Positions 10,463-24,087 of a DNA stretch of 64,000 bases are shown piece after piece; within the stretch, counting starts at the first letter, position 1; the number at the start of each line of letters is the position of its first letter. Location of the stretch: positions 416,001 to 480,000 of the forward strand of contig CBDAOY010000009.1 in the NCBI GenBank assembly GCA_965198225.1, read 5' to 3'. The notes below the pieces were generated by a model. It saw only the letters and a list, made by a program, of their open reading frames with translations. It was not told the DNA's origin and searched no databases. This DNA is from Terriglobia bacterium. GTDB lineage: Bacteria; Acidobacteriota; Terriglobia; 20CM-2-55-15. Both the position numbers and the translations under genes were made by a program.

Positions 10463-12196
10463 CTATTTGCGTCTGCCGCGACGTTTCCTGCGCTTTGGTT
10501 CGGAGTTGTCGGACGCGGGGTCCTCTTCGACCACTTCGGCCTCGACCGGTATTGCGGGCGCGGGTGTTGCCGCTGGTTTGGGTTTGCCTCCCGCCGGAGC
10601 CCAGTACTTGTTGATGAACAACTGTTGCCCAACCCCCACCAGGTTGCTGGTCAGCCAGTAGAGCATCAAGCCGCTTTGAATCCAGAGAAACATCACCATG
10701 AGCATGACGGGCATCATCATCATGATGCGGGCCTGTGTGGGATCCATCGTCGTCGGAGTCATCTTCTGCATCGCGATCATGGAGACACCCATCAGCACCG
10801 GCAGAACGTAGTAGGGATCGTACTGCGAGAGGTCCCGAATCCAGAGTATCCACGGGGCTCCCCGTACTTCGATCGCCACGCGCAGCAGGCTGAAGAAAGC
10901 GAACAGAAACGGCATCTGCAGCAGCAGCGGCAGGCAGCCGCCCATCGGGTTGACGCCGTGCTTCTTGTAGAGCCCCATCATCTCGGCCTGGACTTCGGGG
11001 CGGCGCGGGTCGTTGGCTTTCAGCTTCTTGTACTTGTCCTGCAGCGTCTTCATCTGCGGCTGAATCTTCTGCATCTTGAGCATCGACAGCTGCTGTTTCA
11101 GGCGCAGGGGGAAGAGAACAAGATTGATGAACAGCGTCAGGATGATGATCGACCAGCCGAAGTTCCCGACATAGCTGTGGATCCACAGGAGGCCGAAGAG
11201 CAGAGGCCGGGCGAGAATCTCGAAGAAGCCGTAGTCGATCACCGTAACGAGGCCGGCTTCAACGGCCCCGAGCGCGTCCTGTTGCTTTGGGCCGACATAG
11301 ATCGGGAGTGTGCCGATCGGGGCCGGAACACTCATGGCAACGGTCTGAATCACGTCCTCGCCGCGGGTAAACGGCGCGGCCTCGGCCCTTGCCGCGCTAC
11401 CACCTTCGGGCAGGAACATGACGACGAAGTACTGATCTTCGAGGCCGACATGCGTGGTCGGCGCAATGTCCTGGGCGGCCTCGATGCTCGACACATAGAG
11501 TCGCTCGAAGTCGTCCGCTTCGTGGTAAACGAGGCTGCGGAACGTGGCGTCGAAATCCCTGGATTGGTCGCCGAAACCGCCCTGCCAGACGATGGAGAAC
11601 GGCACCGGTTGGCCATCCCGGCTGAGGCTGGCGTCGAACTCGATGCTGTAGGTTTCAGGATCGAACCGGAACTCTTTGAGCGCTCTCAGTCCGCCACTTG
11701 CAAACTCCAGCCGAATACTCTGCCGATCCCCCCCGACCACGAAAAGCGCGGTGCGGAGGGCCTCGTTGGTATCCGGATCATCGGTCGACAATGCGAGCGG
11801 CCAACCCACGCTTGCAGCTGCATCCTGATTGATCAGCTCGATCGGTTCGCCGGCGCTGCTGACGTACTCCTTCAGTCGCAGGCTGCGCAGCACGCCTCCC
11901 TCGTTCGAGACGATGCCGGAATAGCGAGCCGTGTCGACACGCACGTCTTCGGTCACCACCGCGAAAACGTCAGCCGTTGGCTCCACTGAGCCGAGAGTCG
12001 TCTCCCGGGGGTCAGTCACTGGCTCCGGCGCAGCTTCAGACGACGGTGCGGATGCTCTTTCGGCGGGGATCCTGGACTCTGCGGCCGGTGGGGGTTGGGC
12101 GGGCGGAACCGGTTGAGGCGGAGGCGCGAGCAAGCCGTAGTAGAAAAACATAACCAGGCCGGAGAGCACGAAGGCCAGGAGGATCCGTTTTTCCAT
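10463..12196 (-). CDS. yidC: Membrane protein insertase YidC
   Basis: MEKRILLAFVLS; GNFGWSIIILT; NPMGGCLPLLLQMP; DPYYVLP. Confidence 0.96.
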   Translation of the reverse strand: MEKRILLAFVLSGLVMFFYYGLLAPPPQPVPPAQPPPAAESRIPAERASAPSSEAAPEPVTDPRETTLGSVEPTADVFAVVTEDVRVDTARYSGIVSNEGGVLRSLRLKEYVSSAGEPIELINQDAAASVGWPLALSTDDPDTNEALRTALFVVGGDRQSIRLEFASGGLRALKEFRFDPETYSIEFDASLSRDGQPVPFSIVWQGGFGDQSRDFDATFRSLVYHEADDFERLYVSSIEAAQDIAPTTHVGLEDQYFVVMFLPEGGSAARAEAAPFTRGEDVIQTVAMSVPAPIGTLPIYVGPKQQDALGAVEAGLVTVIDYGFFEILARPLLFGLLWIHSYVGNFGWSIIILTLFINLVLFPLRLKQQLSMLKMQKIQPQMKTLQDKYKKLKANDPRRPEVQAEMMGLYKKHGVNPMGGCLPLLLQMPFLFAFFSLLRVAIEVRGAPWILWIRDLSQYDPYYVLPVLMGVSMIAMQKMTPTTMDPTQARIMMMMPVMLMVMFLWIQSGLMLYWLTSNLVGVGQQLFINKYWAPAGGKPKPAATPAPAIPVEAEVVEEDPASDNSEPKRRKRRGRRK

Positions 12197-12216
12197 CGAG
12201 TCTTCCACGGTTCCCT

Positions 12217-12450
12217 CTAATGAACTGGATCGACCCCGCCACGGTGGAGCGGGTGACACCTCATCAAGCGGCCAAGCGCCTTCCACAATCCGCGAATGAG
12301 CCCGTACTTCTCGATGGCGTCGCCGGCGTACTCGGAACAGGTCGGAACAAAGCGGCAAGCAGGGGGCAGCCAGGGCGAAACGATCTTCTTGTAGGCCCCG
12401 AGCGCCGCAAGCGCAGCCTGGCTCAAGATGGGAGTTGCCGTCTGGCTCAT
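12217..12450 (-). CDS. yidD: Membrane protein insertion efficiency factor
   Basis: CRFVPTCSEY...RCHPLHRGGVDPV. Confidence 0.95.
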   Translation of the reverse strand: MSQTATPILSQAALAALGAYKKIVSPWLPPACRFVPTCSEYAGDAIEKYGLIRGLWKALGRLMRCHPLHRGGVDPVH

Positions 12451-12815
12451 GATTCTTTCAGGAGAGACACGAGCTCGGCGCGGAGCGGCTCAAAGCCGCG
12501 CTCCAGGACCGATCGTCGTGGGTTCAAGACGACATCGACTCCAGCAGGTAGTTCGTTCCGGCGCCTGCGCAGAATCTCGCGAACCCGCCGCCGTATTCGG
12601 TTTCGCTCGTGCGCCCGGCCCAGCTTCCGGGGCGTGGTCAGCCCGTAGCGGCTGACATTGCGGCCATTGGGCAGGACGAAGACGACGAATGAGGGGGATG
12701 CGCTCTTCCGGCCCGCGGTGTAGACGGCCTTGAACTCCGCCGCCTTTCGCAGTCTGTGCTCTTTCGGAAATCGCGCGCCGTCTGCCGGGGTCTGCTTTCG
12801 ATCAGTAGTGCTCAA
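12447..12815 (-). CDS. rnpA: Ribonuclease P protein component
   Basis: [25 protein letters not shown]. Confidence 0.93.
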   Translation of the reverse strand: MSTTDRKQTPADGARFPKEHRLRKAAEFKAVYTAGRKSASPSFVVFVLPNGRNVSRYGLTTPRKLGRAHERNRIRRRVREILRRRRNELPAGVDVVLNPRRSVLERGFEPLRAELVSLLKES

Positions 12816-12948
12816 CTGACAGCCGTGTTCGTCCCTTACTGCGCCGCTTGTTCAGGATGAGACGGCCGGCGCGGGTCTTCATACGATGGCGGAATCCGTG
12901 CTTCTTCGCGCGTCGGCGATTGTTCGGTTGAAAGGTCCTTAATGGCAT
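12802..12948 (-). CDS. rpmH: 50S ribosomal protein L34 (not in ORF track)
   Basis: Hand-translated [48 protein letters not shown]. Confidence 0.95.
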   Translation of the reverse strand: MPLRTFQPNNRRRAKKHGFRHRMKTRAGRLILNKRRSKGRTRLSVEHY

Positions 12949-12975
12949 CTCTTTTCGGCTCCGTCGAAAACTATG

Positions 12976-13005
12976 AATTTACCATCCGCCCCTCGGGAGG
13001 GTCAA
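12976..13005 (-). promoter_or_regulatory. Putative sigma70 promoter of rpmH operon
   Basis: Minus strand TTGACC-18 nt-TAAATT with TG extension. Confidence 0.45.
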
Positions 13006-13144
13006 GCTACCGCTTTGATTTAAAAACTCTTATTTGATCGCCGCGGGCCGTCGGGCACGTAAAATTTTCGCGTAGAAAAGGCGCGTTCAAAAGTGTTACG
13101 CTTCGCGCTCGCGACGAACGGAAAATCGACCGTAAACCCTCTAG

Positions 13145-13176
13145 ATTTCCACAGATGTGGAAAATCCTGTGGAAAT
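13145..13176. promoter_or_regulatory. DnaA-box cluster upstream of dnaA
   Basis: ATTTCCACA, TGTGGAAAA, TGTGGAAAT. Confidence 0.65.
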
Positions 13177-13202
13177 CTGACTCCCTTTCCTCGACCGCAC
13201 TT

Positions 13203-14507
13203 ATGGACGCCTGGCAACAAGTTCTTTCCGTCATCGAAAAGAAGGTCAATCAACAAAGCTACAACACCTGGTTCAAGCCCACACAACTGATCCGTCATGA
13301 AGGTCGGGCTCTCTACGTCCGGGTTCCCAACGCATTCTTTCAGGACTGGCTCAACGATCATATGGATGTCGTGCTCGAAGCCGCTGGAGCCGCCGGGATC
13401 GGGGAAATCGGGGTGGTCTACGTTATCGAACAAAAACCCGCCACGGTGGACGGTGAGTTGCTGCAGGGTCGTCTGGACTTCGAGTCTGTGGAAAACACCC
13501 TGAACTCGAAATACACATTCGACAGCTTTGTGGTCGGCTCATCCAACCAGTTCGCACATGCCGCGGCCCTGGCGGTGGCCGAACGCCCATCGAAGGCATA
13601 CAACCCTCTTTTCATGTACGGCGGCGTGGGGCTCGGCAAGACACACCTGATGCATGCCGTCGGGCAGACGATCAAGTCCCGCAACAAGTCGTTGCGGCTG
13701 GCCTACATCTCGACCGAGAAATTCACAAATGAGCTGATCAACGCCATTCGCTACGACCGCCTGACTGCATTCCGCGAGCGTTACCGCGGCCATGACGTCC
13801 TCTTGATCGACGACATTCAGTTCATCGCCGGCAAGGAACGAACCCAGGAAGAGTTTTTCCATACCTTCAACGCGCTCTACGACATGCACAAGCAGCTCGT
13901 CATCTCGGCGGACTGTCCGCCTCGCGAGATCCCGACCCTGGAAGAGCGCCTCCATTCCCGCTTCGAGTGGGGCCTGATAGCCGACATCCAGCCACCCGAC
14001 CTGGAAACGAAAATCGCCATCCTGCGGAAGAACGCCGAACGTCAGAACATTGCGCTGCCCGACAACGTCGCTCTCTATATCGCGAGCAAGATCAAGTCGA
14101 ACATCCGCGAGCTCGAGGGCGCCCTGATCCGGTTGATCGCGTTCTGCTCTTTGACAGGCTCCGAGATCACGCTGCCGATGGCCAAGGAAACGCTCCGCGA
14201 CCTGTTCAACCCCGGGGAAAAGCCCATATCGATCGAGATGATCCAGAAGACAATCTCCGACTACTATGGGCTACGCGTGCAGGAGCTGAAATCCAAGAAC
14301 AACTCGCGGTCCATCACCCTACCTCGCCAGATCTGTATGTACCTGGCAAAACAGCTGACCGGCGCGTCACTTCCGCAAATCGGTCGGGAGTTCGGAGGGA
14401 AGCACCACACAACCGTTCTCCATTCCGTCACAAAAATCCAGAAGCTACGGCAGAAAGACAAAGAAATCAACAAGTTGGTTCAGTCCTTTATGGACTCGTT
14501 TACTTAA
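13203..14507 (+). CDS. dnaA: Chromosomal replication initiator DnaA
   Basis: YNPLFMYGGVGLGKTHL, LLIDDIQF, TQEEFFHTFN, HTTVLHS; start at MDAWQQ chosen because ATG 13155 lies in the DnaA boxes. Confidence 0.98.
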   Translation: MDAWQQVLSVIEKKVNQQSYNTWFKPTQLIRHEGRALYVRVPNAFFQDWLNDHMDVVLEAAGAAGIGEIGVVYVIEQKPATVDGELLQGRLDFESVENTLNSKYTFDSFVVGSSNQFAHAAALAVAERPSKAYNPLFMYGGVGLGKTHLMHAVGQTIKSRNKSLRLAYISTEKFTNELINAIRYDRLTAFRERYRGHDVLLIDDIQFIAGKERTQEEFFHTFNALYDMHKQLVISADCPPREIPTLEERLHSRFEWGLIADIQPPDLETKIAILRKNAERQNIALPDNVALYIASKIKSNIRELEGALIRLIAFCSLTGSEITLPMAKETLRDLFNPGEKPISIEMIQKTISDYYGLRVQELKSKNNSRSITLPRQICMYLAKQLTGASLPQIGREFGGKHHTTVLHSVTKIQKLRQKDKEINKLVQSFMDSFT

Positions 14508-14717
14508 GGCGGTGGTCCTGTTGTGGGCGTTCTGTGGATAAACTGAGAGTCGGAATTCTCCACAAGCGCTGCACACTTGTCCCGGTGGATTCTCCACAGG
14601 GAAGAGAAGGGGCAAGAACCCGGCCCACTGTGGCTTAGCGGGGATTTCCAGACTATCCACAGGATATAGGAATAGAGATACTGTGGCTTAGCGGGGATAG
14701 ATATATAGATATTAACT
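14508..14717. other. Replication origin oriC (dnaA-dnaN intergenic)
   Basis: TGTGGATAA 14533, TTCTCCACA 14556 and 14590, CTATCCACA 14653, AT-rich GATAGATATATAGATATT tract; gene strand switches next to dnaA. Confidence 0.85.
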
Positions 14718-15830
14718 ATGGAATTCACAGTAAAGAGATTCGACCTTCTACAGGAATTGACCTTGATTCAGGGGGTTGTCGAACGTAAGACGACCATTCC
14801 TATCCTGGCTAACGTTCTTGTCCGCGCAGAAGAAGATCGGCTTGGAATTCTAGCGACAGACCTGGAAATCGGTCTCAAATCGACGTGCCCGTCCGCGGTG
14901 ACTGCCGGTGGAACGATCACATTGCCGGCCAAGCGGATGTACGAAATCGTCCGGGCCCTCCCCGACAAGGAAATCCGTTTCAAAAAAGGCGATGCCAACT
15001 GGGTAACCGTCACATGCGGTTCGAGTCGGTTCCGTATTGCCGGACTTCCTCAGGAAGACTTCCCCCTGCTCCCGGACCCGAAGGATGAGGGCGTCTCGAT
15101 TCCCGCCGACGTGATGTCTCAACTCATCAGCCGGACGATCTATGCGATCAGCACGGAGGATTCGAAATACACGTTCAGCGGGGCACTGCTGGTGATGAAG
15201 CCTGGTTCGTTGACGATGGTGGCGACAGATGGACACCGCCTTTCGTACGTCGAGAAAAGAGACGCCGTCGAGGACGTCTCGGAGGAATCCAAGATCCTGA
15301 TACCCAAGAAGGCGATGAGCGAACTGCTGCGAATGCTCACCGAGAACGAAGAAGGCGGGGTGATCACCTTCTCCAGGGACGATAACCACCTTTTCTTCGA
15401 TTTGGGTCACCGCCTCCTCGTTTCTCGGGTGCTGAGCGGCCAGTTCCCGAACTGGGAAGCCGTTATTCCGCGGAACAATGACAGGACGTTTGTGATCGAT
15501 CGCGATGAGGTTGCCGCTGCGGTACGGAGAGTCGCTATTCTTGCGGACGAGCGCTCCAAGACCGTGCGGTTCGGTGTGGCGAGCGGCGCCCTGGAGATTG
15601 CGGCAAGCCATTCTGAACTGGGCGAGGCGAACGAGACGCTGGAAATCGAGTACGACAAGGAAGAATTTGACATCGGCTTCAACTACCAATACCTGATCGA
15701 TTTTCTATCGACGATACCGGAGACGGAAGTCTCGTTCGAATTCAAGGATGGTGAGAGCGCCACGCAGATTCGGGCCCTTCCCAGCGAAGCTTACAACTGT
15801 CGTTACATAGTGATGCCGATGCGAATCTGA
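14718..15830 (+). CDS. dnaN: DNA polymerase III beta sliding clamp
   Basis: TTIPILANV, ATDLEI, VATDGHRL, YIVMPMRI. Confidence 0.97.
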   Translation: MEFTVKRFDLLQELTLIQGVVERKTTIPILANVLVRAEEDRLGILATDLEIGLKSTCPSAVTAGGTITLPAKRMYEIVRALPDKEIRFKKGDANWVTVTCGSSRFRIAGLPQEDFPLLPDPKDEGVSIPADVMSQLISRTIYAISTEDSKYTFSGALLVMKPGSLTMVATDGHRLSYVEKRDAVEDVSEESKILIPKKAMSELLRMLTENEEGGVITFSRDDNHLFFDLGHRLLVSRVLSGQFPNWEAVIPRNNDRTFVIDRDEVAAAVRRVAILADERSKTVRFGVASGALEIAASHSELGEANETLEIEYDKEEFDIGFNYQYLIDFLSTIPETEVSFEFKDGESATQIRALPSEAYNCRYIVMPMRI

Positions 15831-16090
15831 GGCGACCCGCAAAAACGAGACAAACTATTGATAAAATAGTTAGTTAACGGATTTCTTGGTCGATCGACGG
15901 CCCCACCGGCCTTCAACCGCCAATCTTCGCCGCAAAACCAGCCAGAAGAAGGACCTTTCAGAAGGAAAAACCCGTTATTTTCTGGTAAAATAGCTTGTTT
16001 AGTCTGGTCTCGGATGAGCAGCCTTAGGCAAGCAAATCGAATCTCCCGGCCCCCGAGGCCGCAACCACCAGCTAAGCCGTTTATTATTAG

Positions 16091-18583
<2,493 letters not shown>

Positions 18584-18621
18584 GCAACTAGCGGGTAGCT
18601 AACACCACCAGCCAAACAAAC

Positions 18622-21108
18622 ATGGCCGAAGAGCAAGCACCTCCCGGAGCGAACCACATACAGGTAAACATCGAAGACGAGATGCGCCGGTCGTATCTCG
18701 ACTACGCGATGAGCGTCATCATCGGCCGGGCGCTTCCGGACATTCGCGACGGCCTGAAGCCGGTCCATCGCCGGATCCTCTATGGGATGCGCGAGATGGG
18801 CCTGGCATCGAACCGGCCTTACCGGAAGTGCGCCAAGATCGTCGGCGAGGTTATGGGCAATTATCACCCACACGGCGATAGTCCGATTTACGATTCGGTC
18901 GTCCGGATGGCCCAGGATTTCTCATACCGGTACATGCTCGTGGACGGGCAGGGGAACTTCGGGTCGATCGACGGCGATCCGCCTGCAGCGATGCGCTATA
19001 CCGAGGCCCGGATGCAGGCGTTGTCGGAGGCGTTGCTCGAAGACATCGACAAGGACACGGTCGATTTCGTCCCCACCTATGACGAATCCGGGGAAGAGCC
19101 CGCATACCTGCCCGCCAGAGTGCCGAATCTGCTGGTGAACGGTTCCGGCGGCATCGCCGTCGGCATGGCGACCAACATGCCTCCCCACAACCTGCGCGAG
19201 GTGTGCGACGCCGCGGTCCTGCTGATCAACAACAGGGGCGCGAGCTTTGAAGAGATTACCGAACTGATCCCGGGGCCGGACTTCCCAACAGCCGGGTTTA
19301 TCTACGGCCGCGGCGGCATCCAGCAGGCTTATCGCGAGGGCCGAGGGCAGATCACGATGCGTGCCCGCGCGACGATCGAACCGTTCGGCAAGGAACGGCA
19401 TGCCATCCTCATTAGCGAGCTACCCTACCAGGTCAATAAGGCGCGCCTGATAGAGAAAATCGCGGAGCTGGTCAACAACAAGAAGATCGAAGGCATTTCC
19501 GACATCCGCGATGAGAGCGACCGTGACGGGTTGAGGGTGGTCGTCGAGCTCAAGCGGGGCGAGCAGCCCACCATCGTCCTCAACAAGCTCTACAAGCAGA
19601 CGGCGATGCAGTCGACCTTCGGGGTGATTAATCTAGCGATCGTCAACGGCCAGCCCAGGGTCCTGACCCTCCTGGAGTTGCTCCGGAACTTCATCGATCA
19701 CCGGATCGATGTCGTGCGCCGCCGGACGCAGCACCTCCTCCGCCAAGCCGAAGAGCGCGCCCACATCCTGGAAGGACTCGGGAAAGCGCTCGACAACATC
19801 GACGCCGTCATAAAGCTGATCCGCAAGGCCAAGACGCCCGTGGAGGCGCGGGAAGGCCTGATGTCCGATTTCGAATTTTCCGGGCGCCAGGCCAAGGCCA
19901 TTCTGGAGATGCAGCTCCAGCGGCTCACGAACCTCGAACGCCAGAAGATTGAGGACGAACTCAAGGAGTTGAGCGAGAAGATCGCCGACTACAACGAGAT
20001 CCTTGGTAACGAAAAAAGGCTGCGCCAGGTGATCGTCAAGGAGCTCCGGGAGGTTCAGAAGAAATTCGGCGACGACCGGCGTACCGAGATCATCGATGAA
20101 GCCGCGGAGCTGAGTATTGAAGACCTGATCGCAGACGAAGAGGTCGTCATCACGCTGACTCACACCGGCTACGTGAAGCGGACACCGCTGGGGACTTACA
20201 GGAACCAGGGCCGCGGGGGCAAGGGCCGCATCGGCATGCGTACCCGGGAAGAGGATGTCGTCACGAACCTGTACGTAGCGAGCACCCACAGCTACATGTT
20301 GGTTTTCACGGACCGCGGCAAGCTGCACTGGCTGAAGGTCTACGAGATTCCCGATGTCGGTGCCAGCGGCCGCGGCAAGGCGATCATCAACCTTGTCAAC
20401 ATCGCACCGGGCGAAAAAGTGGCTGCCGTGGTGGGGGTCCGCGGATTCGAAGATGCCGCTTCGATCATCATGGCCACCCGCAAAGGGCAGGTAAAGAAGA
20501 CCGCGCTGAAGGCATTCAGCAACCCGACCGCCCGCGGCATCATCGCGATGAACCTGCCCGAAGAGGACGAGTTAATCGCGGTGCAGCTGATCACCGACGA
20601 CGAGACGATCGTCCTGGGCACCCACAAGGGTCTTTCGATTCGTTTCGGTCACGAGGATGTCCGGGAGATGGGGCGCGTTGCTTACGGTGTGCGCGGAATT
20701 CGTCTCACGAAGGGCGACTACGTCGTCGGAATGATCAGCGCGGACGAAGAAGGCCTGATCCTGAGCGTCACGGAGCGCGGTTTCGGAAAACGGACAAAAA
20801 TCGGCAAGTACCGCACCCAGACCCGGGGCGGCAAGGGCATCATCAACGTGAAGACAACCAAGCGGAACGGCAGGGTTGTGGCGATCATGCAGGTCACCGA
20901 AGACTCGGGCCTCATCTTGATCACCGAGCAGGGTAAGCTCATTCGTGTTCGTGCCGACGGAATCCGGAAAGTCGGTCGCAGCTCGCAGGGCGTCAAGCTC
21001 ATCGACCTCGGCACGGAAGACCGGGTCGCCGCGGCGACGCTCGTTGCCAGCGATAGCGGCAAGGTCGAGGAGTTGCCGGACGATGAACCCGGCCCGACCG
21101 TACATTAG
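18622..21108 (+). CDS. gyrA: DNA gyrase subunit A
   Basis: [15 protein letters not shown], GyrA-box QGRGGKG. Confidence 0.98.
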   Translation: MAEEQAPPGANHIQVNIEDEMRRSYLDYAMSVIIGRALPDIRDGLKPVHRRILYGMREMGLASNRPYRKCAKIVGEVMGNYHPHGDSPIYDSVVRMAQDFSYRYMLVDGQGNFGSIDGDPPAAMRYTEARMQALSEALLEDIDKDTVDFVPTYDESGEEPAYLPARVPNLLVNGSGGIAVGMATNMPPHNLREVCDAAVLLINNRGASFEEITELIPGPDFPTAGFIYGRGGIQQAYREGRGQITMRARATIEPFGKERHAILISELPYQVNKARLIEKIAELVNNKKIEGISDIRDESDRDGLRVVVELKRGEQPTIVLNKLYKQTAMQSTFGVINLAIVNGQPRVLTLLELLRNFIDHRIDVVRRRTQHLLRQAEERAHILEGLGKALDNIDAVIKLIRKAKTPVEAREGLMSDFEFSGRQAKAILEMQLQRLTNLERQKIEDELKELSEKIADYNEILGNEKRLRQVIVKELREVQKKFGDDRRTEIIDEAAELSIEDLIADEEVVITLTHTGYVKRTPLGTYRNQGRGGKGRIGMRTREEDVVTNLYVASTHSYMLVFTDRGKLHWLKVYEIPDVGASGRGKAIINLVNIAPGEKVAAVVGVRGFEDAASIIMATRKGQVKKTALKAFSNPTARGIIAMNLPEEDELIAVQLITDDETIVLGTHKGLSIRFGHEDVREMGRVAYGVRGIRLTKGDYVVGMISADEEGLILSVTERGFGKRTKIGKYRTQTRGGKGIINVKTTKRNGRVVAIMQVTEDSGLILITEQGKLIRVRADGIRKVGRSSQGVKLIDLGTEDRVAAATLVASDSGKVEELPDDEPGPTVH

Positions 21109-21455
21109 ACCAGTGCCCCGCAATCCCGGCTGACGGACTACCGACTACCGATTCCCCGCTGACGGATCGCTCCAAACTTCCGCATGAACTTCAGGCCGTC
21201 CAGCTCATCCCATTCCTCGGTATTCCGCCCATTCAGTCATCAGAGTTTTGGGTTTGAAGCGTAGTCGCACGAGGCGCACCAACTTCATAACCTGGCAGAA
21301 GCCGTGCAAGCGAAGCCCCCACCACCCAGCCGGATGTACCTCAAGCTCGCATCTGAGGTCCGATTCGTGCAGGATACAGAAAACTCCCGACTCTGGCTCG
21401 AGCAGGCTCGCGCCGGGCTGATTCGCGGCTTGGAGTTCCTTCGGCGGAGGAGCAC

Positions 21456-21566
21456 ATGAAGTACGACAGTTTGAATGTCGGCGTGGCCCTGTTCTTTCTC
21501 GCGGTTGGAATCGGCATCGCCGTTTGGGGCTATGACGACGTGCGGGACGCGCGGCGGCCTGACTAA
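21456..21566 (+). CDS. Small single-TM membrane peptide (36 aa, not in ORF track)
   Basis: GGAGGAG RBS then MKYDSLNVGVALFFLAVGIGIAVWGYDDVRDARRPD. Confidence 0.45.
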   Translation: MKYDSLNVGVALFFLAVGIGIAVWGYDDVRDARRPD

Positions 21567-21646
21567 GATGCGGCCGAGTTGCTCCGGTTGCAAGCCCCAG
21601 TGGCATTCTACGCGCTGCGGTTCGCTCCGCAGAGGAGGTATCGACG

Positions 21647-24034
21647 ATGCGTGGACGTTTTGTACGGACCTGGTTGGGATGCGTCCTGACCCTGTTGCCT
21701 GCCGGCTCCCTGCCGGCATTGGCCCAGGCAGTCGAGGCGCGTACTCACACTGTTTCCGGCCTGTCCGGGCCGGCGGAGATCCTCGTCGACGAATGGGGAG
21801 TTCCGCACATCTATGCGGAGACCCAGTACGACGCCTTTTTCGCACAAGGCTTCAACGCCGCGCGGGATCGGCTGTGGCAGCTCGACATCTGGCGACGACG
21901 GGGCCTGGGTGAGCTGTCGGAGGTCTTCGGTCCGGCGTTCGTCGAACAGGACCGTGCCGCCCGCCTCTTCCTCTACCGCGGAGACATGTACTCGGAGTGG
22001 CTGGCGTATGGTTCCGACGCCAAGAGGGTCGCGACTTCCTTTGCGGCCGGGGTGAATGCCTACATCGCACTCACCCGGCAGGACCCGGAACTCCTGCCTT
22101 GGGAGTTCGAGTTTCTCGGTTACGAGCCGGCCTCGTGGTCGCCCGAAGACACGGTCCGAATCCGTAGCCATGGCCTGGTCCGCAACGTCGGCAACGAGGT
22201 GCGGCGGGCCCTCTTTGTCCGGGATCATGGGCTGGAAGCCGATGCCCTGAGGGCGCCGTTGTCGCCAGAATGGAAGACGACGATCCCCGAGGGCCTCGAC
22301 ATCGATGCGATTCCCGAAGATGTTCTGAGCGTCTACCGGCTTGCTACCCGAGGCGTGAGGTTCACACCGGAGAGTTTGAGCATGGCTGCGAACGGGTCGG
22401 CGCCGTTGCCAGAGCAGGTGGTAGCCGACGAAGACGCGATCGGGAGCAACAACTGGGTTGTCTCGCCACGCCTGACGGCCACGGGCCGTCCGATCCTGGC
22501 CAATGACCCGCACCGTGGCCAGTCGGTCCCGTCGCTCCGCTATCTCGCCCACCTCGTCGCGCCCGGCCTGAACGTCATCGGCGCCGGTGAGCCGGCTCTG
22601 CCCGGCATTTCGATCGGGCACAACGAACGCATCGCGTTCGGCCTGACGATCTTCGCGATCGACCAGGAAGACCTGTATGTCTACTCGACCAGTCCGGCGA
22701 ATCCCGACGAGTACCGGTACAGAGACGGATGGGAGCCGATGGAGACCGTCCGGGAAAGGATTCTTGTTAAGGGCGGGACCCCCGAGGCCGTCGAGCTGAA
22801 GTTCACGCGCCATGGCCCGGTCATCTACGAGGACCGTGGAAACCGGACGGCCTTCGCTGTTCGCGCAGCCTGGCTCGAGCCGGGAATGGCCCCGTACTTC
22901 GGCAGCGTTGAATACATGCGCGCATCGGACTGGGACGAATTCCTGGCCGCAATGAACCGCTGGGGTGCGCCGTCGGAGAACCAGGTCTACGCCGACGTGG
23001 ACGGCAACATCGGCTGGAAGCCGGGAGGCCGGGCGCCGATCCGGCCGAACTGGGACGGACTCCTGCCAGTGCCCGGCGACGGCCGTTTCGAGTGGGATGG
23101 CTTCTGGGACATGGACGAGCTGCCGGTCGAGTACAACCCCGCAAGGGGTTGGTCTGCCACAGCCAATGAGATGAACCTGCCCGAAGAATATCCGTACCGC
23201 GAACGGAAACTCGGTTTCGAGTGGTCGAATCCATCGCGGAAACAACGGATCGGCCAGGTCCTCTCGGCTTCGTCTGCGATAACCACCGACGACATGCTCC
23301 GGCTCCAGATGGACCACGTCTCGGTTGCCGCACAACGTGTCCTTCCGGTGCTTGGCGGGATTTCGGCTCCCGACCCCGACGTCGCCGTTGCGATCGACCT
23401 GCTTGCCGGCTGGGACACCGTTCTCGAGAACGATTCGGCCGCCGCCGCCCTGTTTACCGCCTGGTTCGGGCGGGGCCGCCTGGGTCGGCTGCTGCTGCCC
23501 CACGCGGTGTCGCCGGAGGTCGCTGCCGCAATCGGCAACCCGAATCAGCTCATCGTTCTGGACATGCTCGAAAACCCTCAGGACTGGTTCGACGATGATC
23601 CATCCGGAACCGTGGAGAGAGCTATCCTGGAATCCCTCGCTGAGGCTCTCGGGGAGATAGAAAGCCAGTTCGGCCAAGATAGTTCGTCCTGGCGCTACGG
23701 CGCCTTCAACACCCTGGCGCTACGGCATCCGCTGTCCGACGTGGTCGAAGCCGACACGCGGGCGAGGATCGACATCGCCAGCGAAGAGAAATGCTCTGCG
23801 GGAGGCACGGTCGGCACGACGAACGCATCGTGGAGGCAGGTCCTGGATGTGGGAAACTGGGATGCCGCTCTCGCCATGAGCAACCCGGGCCAGTCCGGAG
23901 ACCCCGACAGTCAGTTCTACCGGAACCTCTGGGATCCGTGGAGAAACTGCGAGGCGTTCCCGCTGCTGTACAGCCGCGAAAAGATCGAGGCGGTGACGAA
24001 GCTGCGAATCGAACTTCAGCCGCGCCGCGACTAA
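21647..24034 (+). CDS. Penicillin acylase / Ntn-hydrolase family protein, secreted
   Basis: Signal peptide, DEWGVPHIYA, GSNNWVV nucleophile, ILANDPH, PGQSGDP. Confidence 0.92.
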   Translation: MRGRFVRTWLGCVLTLLPAGSLPALAQAVEARTHTVSGLSGPAEILVDEWGVPHIYAETQYDAFFAQGFNAARDRLWQLDIWRRRGLGELSEVFGPAFVEQDRAARLFLYRGDMYSEWLAYGSDAKRVATSFAAGVNAYIALTRQDPELLPWEFEFLGYEPASWSPEDTVRIRSHGLVRNVGNEVRRALFVRDHGLEADALRAPLSPEWKTTIPEGLDIDAIPEDVLSVYRLATRGVRFTPESLSMAANGSAPLPEQVVADEDAIGSNNWVVSPRLTATGRPILANDPHRGQSVPSLRYLAHLVAPGLNVIGAGEPALPGISIGHNERIAFGLTIFAIDQEDLYVYSTSPANPDEYRYRDGWEPMETVRERILVKGGTPEAVELKFTRHGPVIYEDRGNRTAFAVRAAWLEPGMAPYFGSVEYMRASDWDEFLAAMNRWGAPSENQVYADVDGNIGWKPGGRAPIRPNWDGLLPVPGDGRFEWDGFWDMDELPVEYNPARGWSATANEMNLPEEYPYRERKLGFEWSNPSRKQRIGQVLSASSAITTDDMLRLQMDHVSVAAQRVLPVLGGISAPDPDVAVAIDLLAGWDTVLENDSAAAALFTAWFGRGRLGRLLLPHAVSPEVAAAIGNPNQLIVLDMLENPQDWFDDDPSGTVERAILESLAEALGEIESQFGQDSSSWRYGAFNTLALRHPLSDVVEADTRARIDIASEEKCSAGGTVGTTNASWRQVLDVGNWDAALAMSNPGQSGDPDSQFYRNLWDPWRNCEAFPLLYSREKIEAVTKLRIELQPRRD

Positions 24035-24087
24035 GCCTGGCTTCGTGTTGAAGATTCGGATCGTTCCAAGAATGCGGATCGGCGGAT

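Noticed and set aside
9051-11186. 711-aa extended MnmE in ORF track
   Set aside because: The extension is an alternative frame of yidC; MnmE homology starts near 10415.
21608-23677. Long antisense ORFs (also 10415-11989 and 6766-8052)
   Set aside because: Shadow frames of GC-rich genes, with no motifs.
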